Counted from the stretch's first letter, positions 1 through 11,287 are shown. The stretch is 41,841 nt of DNA from Octopus sinensis (GCF_006345805.1 NW_021835210.1:1-41841), one strand, 5' to 3'. Numbers and translations are program-made. Notes: generated from the letters alone by a model not told the origin.

Positions 1-199
1 CCTCTGTTCGAGTATATTCGCGGGGCCTTCCCTTGGCCTGGGGCCCAGTTTGAACGAAACTGCCTAATTGACTTAAAACCGTCCCTGGTTGCCATATTCC
101 ATAAGAGCAGTACTGAAAGACATTTTATATAAATGAAGAATTGTAACAATGAAGTCAATGATTTCAAAAGCTAATAGAACCCAAAGATTTAACTGAACT

Positions 200-760
200 A
201 AAGAATTCTGCTACAAGTTTAGGTTGTTAATGGTTTGGTCTGATAAAAAGTAAATTCCACCAATTTTCCAACTCAAGGTAGAAGTATATGTAGCGCAAGA
301 AAACTGAAATATGGGGGCCAGATTATTTGCAAAGAACTATTAAACATGAGTTAGAGTTATGGTTGTGGGTTAGGGGCTAATTTGGGTGAAAAGCAGGCTA
401 AAGGTTTTTTTTTTTTTTAATTAACTACACACTGTTAAATACTTCAAAAGAGTCTATTACCCAATCTATTCAGGTGCGTGGAATTGATAACTAAACCTAT
501 CATTTTTGAGAAGACGGAGTCCTATGCATACAAGCAAAATGCCACAAACTTGTCAAAGAACTCACGGAATCAAATCTCCAAAACTGACTGCTCAATGCAA
601 CCTATTTCATCCAGTATAACATATAACGGAGCATCTTGATAGAAGGTTGTGAGGTCATTAAAAAAAAATATTACGCATATTACAGAGCTGAACAAAGTAT
701 TGACTGTAAAGTGATGGATAAACATGTATCTGTTTGTCAGTGATAATTTAATTAAATCGA
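200..760 (+). pseudogene. Highly degenerate Tc1-like transposase relic
   Basis: Frameshifted motifs occur in Tc1 order: VWSD(K)SKF at ~233-260 (cf. WSDESKF), GRVYV, VMV(V)G at ~357-372, ILQKSLLP at ~440-465, IF..DGVLC at ~500-530 (cf. IFQQDGAPCH), and NI*RSIL at ~617-640. Confidence 0.55.
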
Positions 761-935
761 TCTCTAATCAGTTAAGGCTATGTTATTAACTAAAGAAGGG
801 CTTTGAGACAAGCTTTTATCCATTCTGAATTGTTTTTTATGACGACGTTATGACAAGTAAAATGAACGCTGCGCGTAAATATTCTGGCTATGAAGTTACT
901 GCAGGCCATTATATATATATATATATATATATATA

Positions 936-1113
936 ATACTTTATTTAAAGCAGCACAAAATTCAACAAAACCTGTTACTCTGAGTTTCCCGTTGCCGTTC
1001 ATCGGACAGTTTTTGCTAGAATTTTCTGCTGCTTTAAATAAAGCATATTACTCTACCACTGGTATTTGAGTACTCTTTTTTCCACCTTGTTTCACATTAT
1101 GTGTTTACTCCGG
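936..1113 (-). mobile_element. ~180-bp hairpin element between two (TA)n tracts, carrying a hammerhead motif (PLE-derived)
   Basis: Inverted arms 939-962 and 1020-1043 (1 mismatch) enclose a hammerhead core on the minus strand. (TA)n flanks both sides. Confidence 0.65.
968..1014 (-). ncRNA. Minimal type I hammerhead ribozyme motif (U4C variant)
   Basis: Minus strand reads AAAAACTGT-CCGATGA-ACG GCAA CGG-GAAA-CTC A GAG-TA/ACAGGTTTT. It has stem II with a GNRA loop (10.1-11.1 mismatched), a near-palindromic stem III, a GUA site at 976 and a long stem I. Confidence 0.65.
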
Positions 1114-1822
1114 TATATATATATAGATATATATATATATTAATATATATATATATATATATTATATATATAAATTATCAATTCGCAATTTAAAAACCAA
1201 AAGGCACAGGTACTATCGTCACAAAAGTGACTTAGGGTGCAAATCAGCACCAGCATTGCTAGAAATAAAAGTCAAAACAACTCTTAGCCACGGGTTTACG
1301 TTTTCTGTAAATTTGAACTGTGTGTGTGTGCGTGTAGATGAGCAGTGGACATGAAGTTCTGCTATAATTGTGTTTGAAATATAGTTATGGTTTATTTTTC
1401 TCTTTTATTTACACGGAGGAGTAAGCCCGAGATTAAAATGATCAAATAATTTCGTGCAAAAGACTATAAATTAATCAGACCAGAGTATAAATACAGCTTA
1501 AAGCTAAAGATTTATTACATAGCGTTACAAGTGTTAACGCTGAAATAATTTACGAATAGCTTGCAGTTAAGTTCATCTTAATGATGTTTTAATTAAGAAA
1601 CGCATGTGGAACAAGTGTATTTTACTGATATTTACTGAATGACGAGAGCTATTCATTGGTATTTTACAGCTTAATGCAACTGTTTCGAAGACATATCAAA
1701 ATGAAATGTAAGAAGTTAGCAAAACGGATGTCTTGCGTCGAACATTAGAAGGAAAAGTCATACATACACAGATGCACGGGCGCTCACTTATACACAGATG
1801 CACACATATAAACACACTCTCT

Positions 1823-1856
<34 letters not shown>

Positions 1857-1981
1857 CACACACGCACACACGCACGCACATTCACAAGCTGCAAGATGTA
1901 TTTGGAGACATATTTGTTAATTGGCGGAATCGTGCTTTACACAAGCCATATAACAACCTCTTAATATTTTTGTTTTGTTTT

Positions 1982-2416
1982 GGAATTTTCAGAAAACTTT
2001 TGCGAATTTATATTCTAAACACGAGAATTCATACGACAATGAAACAATTTTTTTTTTTTGATTTTTCGAATTAAAAATTTTTTTTTTTTTTGATTTTTCG
2101 AATTTTTTAATTTTTATTTTTTGGTTAATTTTTCGAATTTTTCTTTTTAAATCACAATTTAAAATACAGGTAGTCCGAATTTTTTTAAATTTAAATCCTA
2201 GCAATAGGATATCAAATGTGTTTATGGGGAGAGAGAGACATTGAAAAACATCAAAACGTCAGATTAACACATAAACGAGGAAGGTATAAGGTTGTCGTGA
2301 AATGTGCTAAAATAGCAGCTAAATAGGCCTTAAATCACGCAACAAAAGTTTTTTGCGTCATTGTATGAATTCTCGTGTGTAGAATACAAATTCGCAAAAA
2401 GAATTCTGAAAATTCC
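1982..2416. repeat. Inverted repeat (~53-bp arms) around a T-rich spacer; MITE/foldback-like
   Basis: 1982-2034 matches the reverse complement of 2363-2416 with about 5 differences. The spacer carries repeated TTTTCGAATT motifs. Confidence 0.6.
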
Positions 2417-2590
2417 CCAAAATAAAATGAAAAGTAAAATTCCACCTGGCAATTTTAATACAACTCTACTCTAGCGAAAAACAAATACACATGCTCTCTA
2501 TAAGCTTTCTTACAAAAGGTTATTCTATGAGTTCTGACTTTGCCTTCAGCTTCGATGACTGATTCAATGAGGGACCAGAATGGTTGACAT

Positions 2591-2972
2591 GGAAGCACTC
2601 CGTCGGTTACGACGACGAGGGTTCCGGTTGATCCGAATCAACGGAACAGCCTGCTCGTGAAATTAATGTGTAAGTGGCTGAGCACTCCACAGACACGTGT
2701 ACCCTTAACGTAGTTCTCGGGGATATTCAGCGTGACACAGAGAGTGACAAGGCCGGCCCTTTGAAATACAGGTACAACAGAAACAGCAAGTAAGAGTGAG
2801 AGAAAGTTGTGGTGAAAGAGTACAGCAGGGATCACCACCATCCCCTGCCGGAGCCTCGTTGAGCTTTAGGTGTTTTCACTCAATAAACACTCACAACGCC
2901 CGGTCTGGGAATCAAAACCGCGATCCTACGACCGCGAGTCCGCTGCCCTAACCACTGGGCCATTGCGCCTCC
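2591..2972 (-). mobile_element. tRNA-derived SINE, family T (GGAGGCGCAATGGCCCAGTGG head, ~380 bp), full length
   Basis: A-box TGGCCCAGTGG and B-box GGTTTCGATTCC-like. 8-bp TSD GTTGACAT at 2583-2590 and 2974-2981. Three other near-identical copies occur in the window. Confidence 0.9.
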
Positions 2973-3046
2973 AGTTGACATACCTGCATTACATGAGCCT
3001 TAATCATTTTGGATGTCATCAACGGCGAGCATCGATGAAGCTACAA

Positions 3047-3273
3047 CGGCGAGCTGGCAGAAACGTTAGCACGCCGGGCGAAATGCTTTGCAGTATTTCA
3101 TCTGCCGCTACGTTCTGAGTTCAAATTCCGCCGAGGTCGACTTTGCCTGCCATCCTTTCGGGGTCGATAAATTAAGTAGCAGTTACACACTGGGGTCGAT
3201 GTAATCGACTTAATCCGTTTGTCTGTCCTTGTTTGTCCCCTCTATGTTTAGCCCCTCGTGGGTAATAAAGAAA
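3047..3273 (+). mobile_element. SINE family M, tail type A (GGCGAGCTGGCAGAA head, ...CCTTGTGGGTAATAAAGAAA end)
   Basis: Many interspersed copies in the window. A-box-like AGCTGGCAGAA, B-box-like GAGTTCAAATTCC, and central CATCCTTTCGGGGTCGATAAATTAAGTA. Confidence 0.88.
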
Positions 3274-3274
3274 C

Positions 3275-4480
3275 AAATATTGTGAGCATGTCGTTTAGTC
3301 CCCCTTTCAACAACGCTCGAAGCAGAGTAGTCTATGGGATTTAAATCTGGTGAGCTTAGAAGCCATGAGCTGGGTGCGACATGAGCGTCATAATTATCTG
3401 ATATCCATTTTTAGATGATGTGGTATTTGGAGAATGTATTAAGCCTTGTCGAAACACGCATAGCTTTCCAATGCGTACTTCATCAATCCAGGGCTTAACA
3501 ACTGTATCCAGTATCCTAATGTACACAGCAACATTAATTCTAAGACACCTGTGGAAAGATGCGGGTTGACATGACCTTCGTCACTCACAACTCCTAAAAC
3601 CGCCACAGGTGCTGGAAACTTAGTGTGCAGAAATCAGAACGATCTGTAAATAACCACCTTTCATTTCTCCTGTTATACTTTTGGTCTTGATCGAAGTTTT
3701 TCCTCATCAGAGAACCACAGAATATTAACTCTTTACTCTTTTTACTTGTTTCAGTCATTTGGCAGCGGCCATGCTGGAGCACCACCTTTAATCGAGCAAC
3801 TCGACCCCGGGACTTATTCTATTGTAAGCCCAGTACTTATTCTATCGGTCTCTTTTGCCGAACGCTAAGTGACGGGGACGTAAACACCAACCATCGGTTG
3901 TCAGCAATGCTAGGGGGACAACACAGACACACAAACACACCACACACACACCAACACACACACACACACATATATATATAATAGATATTTATATATATAT
4001 ATATATAATATATACATATATACGACAGGCTTCTTTCAGTTTCCGTCTACCAAATCCACTCACAAGGCCTTGGTCAGCCCGGGGCTATAGCAGAAGACAC
4101 ATACCCAAGGTGCCACGCAGTAGGACTGAACCCGGAACCATGTGGTTGGTAAGCAAGCTACTTACCACACAGCCACTCCTGCGCCTATTAAGTTTGTTAT
4201 GATTTTTAATCTTGTGAAGTAACCGTTTGACACGGATCAAACAATTTTCCTGTCTTTGCAAACATGAATTGGACTCTTCTTAGTACATACGGTTTTTGTC
4301 AAATGTCCTTGTGCAGCAATGTCCTTCTGATAGTCCACTCTGACATCTGAAGGGCTTTGGCGATGGCCCTCATTAAATTTCCGCGATCATCATCGATATG
4401 TCTTGAACCAAGTGGATGAAGAGCGGTACAGGCATCTCCGCATTAAGGCTACCTCAAGATACGGGATTTCGCGTTTACGG
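3275..4480 (-). pseudogene. maT/DD37D-like Tc1-mariner transposase relic split by a SINE
   Basis: Minus-strand translation gives MRAIAKALQMSEWTIRR...KRLLHKIK, then after the SINE LWFSDEKNFDQDQKYNRRNERWL, ILDTVVKPWIDEV, VFRQ and SSPDLNPIDY (third catalytic residue D). Confidence 0.8.
3729..4185 (-). mobile_element. CORE-type tRNA SINE, family C (GGCGCAGGAGTGGCTGTGTGG head), full length
   Basis: Contains the CORE-like CCTTGGGCAAGT-type segment, an internal (TA)/(TG) tract and the 3' module. TSD TATTAA at 3723-3728 and 4186-4191. Confidence 0.88.
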
Positions 4481-4794
4481 AAATTGTAATGTATGACCAT
4501 TAATTTCGGGATTGCGTCGTTTAGAGTTAACAGCTTAAAATTACACTTTCTTCTTAGCCCAATTTATTATTTTTTTTTATCTAGTTTAAGCTCACAAGCT
4601 GTGGCCATACTAGGGCACCGCCATTTGGTGTTGCTACATGATTTTATTTCACGAATGCTTTTTAGCAATTGCGATTTGGTGCATGAGAGAGTTCGATGCA
4701 GCTGCCCTCATCTGCACTTATGGTCACTTGGTTTTAGTTAAGATCAAAGTATGTAATAACGATTTGTGTGTATGTATGTATGTAAGTATGTAAA

Positions 4795-4965
4795 TATGTG
4801 TGTCTGTGTTTGGCACCCCTCTCCACCGGTTGATAACCGTAGTTATTATGTTTATGTCACCGTAACTTAACGGTTCGGCAAAAGAGATCGATAAAATAAG
4901 TACCAGGCTTTAAAAAAAAATGTACTGGGATCGAAACATTCGACTATAAATTCTCCAAGGTAGTG
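4795..4965 (+). mobile_element. Old 3' fragment of SINE family C
   Basis: CGGTTCGGCAAAAGAGA.CGATA.AATAAGTAC module, diverged. Confidence 0.6.
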
Positions 4966-5298
4966 CGCTACTCGGAACATTGTGTACGACGACCCGTTGC
5001 CTCGTCGCTGTAAGTTTACCGAAACATGTTCAATGTTTCTGCAGCAGACTTCCCCAGCTTAACGCAAATTTCACGTTGGCTCCTTGTTCCTGTTCATGAC
5101 AAAATCGCAGACAACATCCTACAGCATACACGTGGTCATAAAAACACAAAATTTCATAAGTTGCGAAGTAAACACGGCGATCTCACTTGGCACACTGCCT
5201 CATGAAGCCCACTGCTAGTTTTCACCGGGCACACAACCGTGTGCTGCCATCTGTTGGCTCTTACAGAACTAGTCCGGAAATATTTTGATACTACCTCG

Positions 5299-5299
<1 letters not shown>
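4965..5299 (-). pseudogene. Mariner 5' end fragment (TIR plus transposase N-terminus)
   Basis: TIR-like CGAGGTAGTATCAAAATATTTCCGGACT. Frameshifted EQGANVKF-CVKLGKSAAETLNMFR*TYSDEA..RTQC matches the mariner N-terminal HTH. Confidence 0.75.
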
Positions 5300-5329
<30 letters not shown>

Positions 5330-5476
5330 GTATATATACATATACAATACATATATATATATATACCATATATATATATTATATATATATATATTATATA
5401 TATATACGTATGTATATATGTATATATATGTATATATATATATACATACATGTATTTATATATATATGTATATATA
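5300..5476. repeat. Imperfect (TA)n microsatellite
   Basis: Seen directly. Confidence 0.95.
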
Positions 5477-5555
5477 TTAGTTCGAGCAGAATTCTAGAGG
5501 TGATTAGAAGCCGAAAGGGTATGCTCCCGACTTTCAGTGTTCCCAAATCCGATTC

Positions 5556-5625
5556 AAGGAATTCTGAGCTGAAGAAAGAAATGTCGAATTGACTAATCTA
5601 GAAACGTACGTTCTCAAATAACCTT
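5556..5625 (+). ncRNA. Minimal type I hammerhead motif, copy 1
   Basis: AAGG-AATTC-TGAG CTGAAGA A AGA..GTC GAATT GAC..TCT A GAAA CGTACG TT/CTCA AAT AA CCTT. Stem III is the palindrome ACGTACGT, and the GUU site is at 5612. Confidence 0.6.
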
Positions 5626-6109
5626 TGCACTTGATTTTTTAATGTTTTTTCCCCCATACTTTTGTGAGTTAGTTTAGGCAAACACTATCTGAGAGAGATC
5701 TTCTTTAAGTATTAGAAATAGCTGAAGAAATTCTTTAGCTGCTATTTCTAATGAGTTCAGTATGTGGCAAAGTAATTTATTTTACTAAGCCCTTATATAT
5801 AATGTAATATTTTGAATTCGCCTATAATGGTCCCTTTACATACTGAATACTTGGTGAAATTGATTAATAATTAATTAATTTTACCCTCAATTGTTGAAAT
5901 TATAATTCATCTTTCTCTGTCAAATGCTGCGGTTTTCACCGTTAATACATGGTGTTTGTCAATTTTAACCCACGCTGTGGAAAGGGGAGAGCAGAAATTC
6001 TTCGCTTGCATATTCGAATTTGATAGCACTTTTAGTTCGAGCAGAATTCTAGAGGTGATTAGAAGCCGAAAGGTATGCTCCCGACTTTCAGTGTTCCCAA
6101 ATCCGATTC

Positions 6110-6179
6110 AAGGAATTCTGAGCTGAAGAAAGAAATGTCGAATTGACTAATCTAGAAACGTACGTTCTCAAATAACCTT
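6110..6179 (+). ncRNA. Minimal type I hammerhead motif, copy 2
   Basis: Identical to copy 1. CTGAAGA 6123-6129, GAAA 6155-6158, predicted cleavage after 6166. Confidence 0.6.
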
Positions 6180-6455
6180 TGCACTTGATTTTTTAATGTT
6201 TTTTCCCCCATACTTTTGTGAGTTAGTTTAGGCAAACACTATCTGAGAGAGATCTTCTTTAAGTATTAGAAATAGCTGAAGAAATTTCTTTAGCTGCTAT
6301 TTCTAATGAGTTCAGTATGTGGCAAAGTAATTTATTTTACTAAGCCCTTATATATAATGTAATATTTTGAATTCGCCTATAATGGTCCCTTTACATACTG
6401 AATACTTGGTGAAATTGATTAATAATTAATTAATTTTACCCTCAATTGTTGAAAT

Positions 6456-6456
6456 G

Positions 6457-6497
<41 letters not shown>

Positions 6498-6536
6498 ATA
6501 TATAAATATATATGTGTATATATATAAATATATATG

Positions 6537-6567
<31 letters not shown>

Positions 6568-6623
6568 GTATGTAGGTATGTATGTATGTATATGTATATA
6601 TACAGAGAGAGAGAGAGAGATAA

Positions 6624-6654
<31 letters not shown>

Positions 6655-6684
6655 CATACATACATACATACATACATACATACA

Positions 6685-6716
<32 letters not shown>
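6456..6716. repeat. Compound microsatellite (TA)(TATG)(GA)(TAGA)(TACA)
   Basis: Seen directly. Confidence 0.95.
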
Positions 6717-7092
6717 CTGGCGGACTTACATATTTAGGGGGGGGTGTTCATGTGTGTCTAAGTGCATTTGTATGTACGTGTGCTTGCGTGTATGTGGGAG
6801 TATAGAAATATAATGTAAACTTATGAATGTGTGTTTTAATTAACATGTTCAACCTCCCTGTGTGTAAGTAGACGCTGTGGTTAAACCTTAGTTTTTTCGT
6901 TCACTGGACAGATAAAAAGAAATCGATTTCATTAGTTTCTGTGTTAATTAAAAACACACTCGTAATCTTAACTCACATTGCTTCTGATTATTGTGTATTG
7001 AGTCTATGTATGTATGTGTGTGTGTACATACATACATGGATGTATGTATGCATATACGTATGTATGCATTATAGATGCATTTATGTATACTG

Positions 7093-7508
7093 TTACTCTT
7101 TATTCTTTTATTTTGTTTCAGTCATTTGACTGCGGCCATGCTGGAGCACCACCTTTAGTCGAGCAAATCGACCCCAGGACTTATTCTTTGTAAGCCTAGT
7201 ACTTATTCTATCGGTCTCTTTTGCCGAACCGCTAAGTTACGGGGACGTAAACACACCACCATCGGTTGTCAAGCGATGTTGGAGGGACAAACACAGACAC
7301 ACAAACTCACACACAGATATATATATATATATACATATATATATACGACGGGCTTCTTTCAGTTTCCGTCTATCAAATCCACTCACAAGGCTTTGGTCGG
7401 CCCGAGGCTATAGTAGAAGACACTTGCCGATGGTGCCACGCAGTGGGACTGAACCCGGAACCATGTGGCTGGTTAGCAAGCTACTTACCACACAGCCACT
7501 CCTGCGCC
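7093..7508 (-). mobile_element. SINE family C, full length
   Basis: Same sequence as 3729-4185. Confidence 0.88.
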
Positions 7509-7809
7509 TATCTGTATGTATGTATGTATGTATGTATGTATGTATGTATGTACATGTGTGTATATGTGAAAGCATGTGAGTATATGTGAATGCGTGTGTG
7601 GAAAACTATTTGAGTTACATTACTTATATTCACGAAGTCTTACTTTCTCTCTCCTATCCATTCTCTAGTTCTCTCTCACTCTCTCTTCTCTCTCCCCTCT
7701 CTTTCTCACACACCTTTTTGAATGCTTTTAAGCCATTCTCCCTCTTTCCTGCATTGAATCCCGAATCTCTGTTTGCATTTCACATGTTCCTCTCTCTCTC
7801 ACTTCTCAC

Positions 7810-8210
7810 TCAACAGGGAGCTTTTAAATGTAACACCTACCCCTACTTTAGCATCACCATAATCATCACTGGGCCTCAGACCCAATATCATAGTGCTTAG
7901 AAATTCTGTTTCATATCGTCCCAATCTCATGTACTACTCCACAGGCAATCGTAGCGGGACTTTTTTTTACATTGGGAAAACTGGCCGACGCTTTGCTTAT
8001 CGCTTTCGGGAGCATATTCGAAGCATGCCACTACATAGTATGCCAACCTGTCGCCACCCTCTTCAACACTACAGGCCATATTATCATTCACTTATCAGCA
8101 TGCTACATCGCTCTACATCATGGATTCACTTTCTCAAGGAAAAGGAGAGAAGTGTTTCATATACGATAAGAGTACCATATCACCGACAAGTTTAAATAAA
8201 CATTTTATCT
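7810..8210 (+). pseudogene. Penelope-like element GIY-YIG endonuclease relic
   Basis: FYIGKTGRRFAYRFREHIRS (cf. YIGETGRRLADRFREH), followed by PVATLFNTTGH...RKRRE. A decayed hammerhead-like end TCT-TTAAAAA..CCT-GAGAC-GTC-AGA lies at ~8872-8903. Confidence 0.8.
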
Positions 8211-8377
8211 TTCTATTCCTACATCTCACCATAGTTCATTAATCCCTCTCTTATCCGTTACCTCCCCTCTTATCTCATCTATTCTCTTCATTTCACTCTC
8301 AACTTTTCCTCATTCCATTCCTCTTTCCTTCTACCGTCTCATATTGTTTCACCTACCACCTATTGTTCACCTTTGGT

Positions 8378-8760
8378 GGAGGCGCAATGGCCCAGTGGTT
8401 AGGGCAGCGGACTCGCGGTCATAGGATCGCGGTTTCGATTCCCAGACCGGACGCTGTGAGTGTTTATTGAGCGAAAACACCTAAAAGCTCCACGAGGCTC
8501 CGGCAGGGGATGGTGGTGATCCCTGCTGTACTCTTTCACCACAACTTTCTCTCACTCTTACTTCCTGTTTCTGTTGTACCTGTATTTCAAAGGGCCGGCC
8601 TTGTCACTCTCTGTGTCACGCTGAATATCCCGAGAACTACGATAAGGGTACACGTTTCTGTGGAGTGCTCAGCCACTTACACGTTAATTTCACGAGCAGG
8701 CTGTTCCGTTGATTCGGATCAACCGGAACTCTCATCGTCGTAACCGACGGAGTGCTTCCA
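8378..8760 (+). mobile_element. SINE family T, full length, inserted in the Penelope relic's 3' region
   Basis: TSD ATTGTTCACCT at 8362-8372 and 8770-8780. Confidence 0.9.
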
Positions 8761-9068
8761 CCACCATCCATTGTTCACCTATCATTTGCAGCCAGTTTTT
8801 TTTTATTTCATTATTTTTATTTTACCATTTCGAGGATGCAAAACTCTTCTAAGTTCCTCTCCTTATAACTTTTCTTTAAAAAAGACTCTGCCTGAGACGT
8901 CAGATTTTCCAACTCCAACAGTACATTCATTTTGTTCGATTATATATATTAAAGTGTATATTAAAAGCAGCACAGGAATGTGAACATTATCGGTGGCACA
9001 TAGAGTACGTATTTTATTTAAACGGCTATTTACTATAGCGTCCAGAAAAAGCTCCCTACACGAGGCTG

Positions 9069-9152
9069 AGTGTTAAAGAAGTCCGAATGTCTTAGACAAA
9101 GCGATACACCTTGCTCCGAAATGATCTGGGACATTCGGTATTCTTTAACACT
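9069..9152 (+). ncRNA. 26-bp hairpin enclosing a decayed minimal hammerhead
   Basis: Arms at 9069-9094 and 9127-9152. Inside is GACAA-AGCGA TACACC TTGCT-CC-GAAA-TGA-TC. The CU of CUGANGA is missing. Confidence 0.45.
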
Positions 9153-9204
9153 GGGCATCACCGGCATTCATTCATTTTACCCTGTCCACACCATTGTGCA
9201 TATT

Positions 9205-9470
9205 CTTTTATTCTTTATTTGGTTCGGTCACTTGACTGAGGCCATGCTGGAGCACTGTCTTTTAGTCGAACAAATCGACCCCATGACATATTCTTTGTAA
9301 GCATATTACTTATTCTATTGATGTCTTTTGTCGAACCGCTAAGTTACGGGGACATAAACACACCAACATCGGTTGTCAAGCGAAGGTGGAGGTGGGGGAC
9401 AAACACAGACACACAAACATATTCATATATAGTAGAAGACACTTGCCCAAGTTGCCACGCAGTGGGACTG
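9205..9470 (-). mobile_element. SINE family C, partial and internally deleted
   Basis: 3' module plus a CORE segment (ACTTGCCCAAG on the plus strand). Confidence 0.75.
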
Positions 9471-9514
9471 ATGTATGTATATATGTATGTATGTGAGAAA
9501 TTAAAATGACAAGA

Positions 9515-10055
9515 GAATAAGAAATTGTCATGCAGTCCATGACATCATTTCTAAGTAGACCTCACACATGGTTCCAGCAAGATGAAGCAACTGCTCATAA
9601 TGCAAGAGAAGCAATGCAGTTCCTACAGCAGTGCTTTGGAAAAAGAATAATCTCCCACTACGCCAATGTCAACTGGCCTTCGTGTTCCCCAGAATTGACT
9701 AGCCCAGATTTTTTCTTGTGGGGATACCTAAAAGAGAGTGTTTACGTCAACAAACCGGAGACCCTGGTGCAATTGAAGGAGAATATCAATAGAGAAATTA
9801 GAGAAGTGGGGTCTGAAACTCTTGAGGGTGTTATGGCGCAAGTTTTGGAAAGAGCACAGGCGTGCGAAGCTGAAAATGGCTGCCATTTAAACAAAGTCAT
9901 TCTTCATGTGATGTAGTGTTGTCGCAAAATTTGACTCATGCATATTAATTTCCATTATGTTCTTTATATTGTATCAAAATTTCATTGCATTTATTTGTAA
10001 AATTAAGGAAGTTATTAAAAATTGAAATCCATCAGTGACTTTTGGGACACCGTGT
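9515..10055 (+). mobile_element. DD41D (rosa/VS-type) Tc1-mariner 3' half with right TIR
   Basis: ORF 9530-9916 reads WFQQD...WPSCSPELTSPDFFLWGYLK, with 41 residues between the 2nd and 3rd D. Right TIR-like CTTTTGGGACACCGTG at ~10039-10055. Confidence 0.85.
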
Positions 10056-10080
10056 GTGTATATATATATTTATATATATA

Positions 10081-10463
10081 GGCGCAGGAGTGGTTGTGTG
10101 GTAAGTAGCTTGCTCACCAGCCACATGGTTCCGGGTTCAGTCCCACTGCGTGGCACCTTCGGCAAGTGTCTTCTACTATATAGCCTTGGGCCGACCAAAG
10201 CCTTGTGAGTGGATTTGGTAGACGAAAACTGAAAGAATCCCGTTGTATATATGTATATATATATGTATGTGTGTGTATATGTTTGTGTGTCTATGTTTGT
10301 CCTCCCAACGCAGACAACCGATGCTGGTGTGTTTACGTCCCCGTCACCTAGCGGTTCGGCAAAAAAGACCGATAAAATAAGTATTAGGCTTACAAAGAAT
10401 AAGTCCTGGGGTTGATTTGTCGACTAAATGACTGAAACAGATAAAAGAGTGAAAGAGTAAAAG
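10081..10463 (+). mobile_element. SINE family C, full length
   Basis: Head GGCGCAGGAGTGG, B-box GGTTCAGTCCC, and 3' module. Confidence 0.88.
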
Positions 10464-10518
10464 ATATATATATGTGTGTGTGTGTGTGTATACATGCATA
10501 CATACATTCATATGAGTG

Positions 10519-10549
<31 letters not shown>

Positions 10550-10594
10550 TGTGTGTGTGCGTGTGTGTGTGTGTGTGTGTGCGTGTGTGTGTAT

Positions 10595-10751
10595 TCGACA
10601 GACTTCCACACATTTCCATCTTCCAAATCCATTCACAAGGCTATAGTCGGGTCGAAGCTATAGTAGAAGACACTCACCCAAGGTGTTACGAAGTGGGACG
10701 GAACCCAAGACCACATGGTTGGGAAGCAAGTTTCTTCACCACACAACCATC
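10595..10751 (-). mobile_element. Old SINE family C head
   Basis: Diverged reverse-complement match. Confidence 0.7.
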
Positions 10752-11105
10752 CTTGGATGGCTGTGAAGTAATTATCTGTGATTGGCAAATACAAAGATGA
10801 ATTCATGAATCAGCGTTTAATTTCAGATGTGTAATATTCCTTCATTGGGAATATTAAAATCTGATCCTTGTTAGCTGGTAACGTGAGTGCTACGAACATG
10901 TTTCAATCTTATTAGACTTCATTAGTGAAGCATATTTTATGTTTATGCCTGTGTGTGTGTATATAGATGCATGTATGTATGTGAGTGTGTTTTGTGTGCG
11001 TCTGAGCGTGTGTGTGAGTGAAGTTTCAGCTTCGCATGAAGGTACACACACCTACGCACACACATATTTCTTGGGGACTCACAGGCGTGGATGTGTTCTT
11101 GAAAA

Positions 11106-11229
11106 GGTTGGTTCCGGGTTCAGTCCCACTGTGTGGCAACTTGGGCAAGTGTCTTTTACTATAGCCTCGGGCTGACCAAAGCCTTGTGAGTGGATTTGGT
11201 ATGCGGAAACTGTGCGAAAACCCGTCGTA
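11106..11229 (+). mobile_element. SINE family C internal fragment
   Basis: GGTTCCGGGTTCAGTCCCACTG...CCCGTCGTA. Confidence 0.75.
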
Positions 11230-11287
11230 GACGCTTCCAAAAAATAAAAAAATAAAAGCCGTTAGAAAACCGATTATAGCAGCGACT

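Larger units (their letters stand above)
5477..6455 (+). mobile_element. Direct-repeat element: 424 bp + 131-bp spacer + 424 bp, each repeat with a hammerhead motif (mini-Penelope/retrozyme-like)
   Basis: 5477-5900 and 6032-6455 are identical apart from two 1-nt indels. There is no TG..CA, TA-rich microsatellites flank both sides, and the hammerhead cores start at 5569 and 6123. Confidence 0.7.

Noticed and set aside
1-90. GGGCCCC/GGCC-rich end resembling a MITE terminus
   Set aside because: It is truncated by the window edge, and no partner TIR is visible.
4035-4060. TCAGTTTCC in SINE C resembling the second half of the CORE domain in inverted orientation
   Set aside because: A 9-nt match recalled from memory, which is insufficient to claim an inversion.
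5477-6455. Canonical LTR/TRIM interpretation
   Set aside because: There are no TG..CA termini and no PBS. The purine run at ~5979-5991 is ~40 nt from the second repeat.
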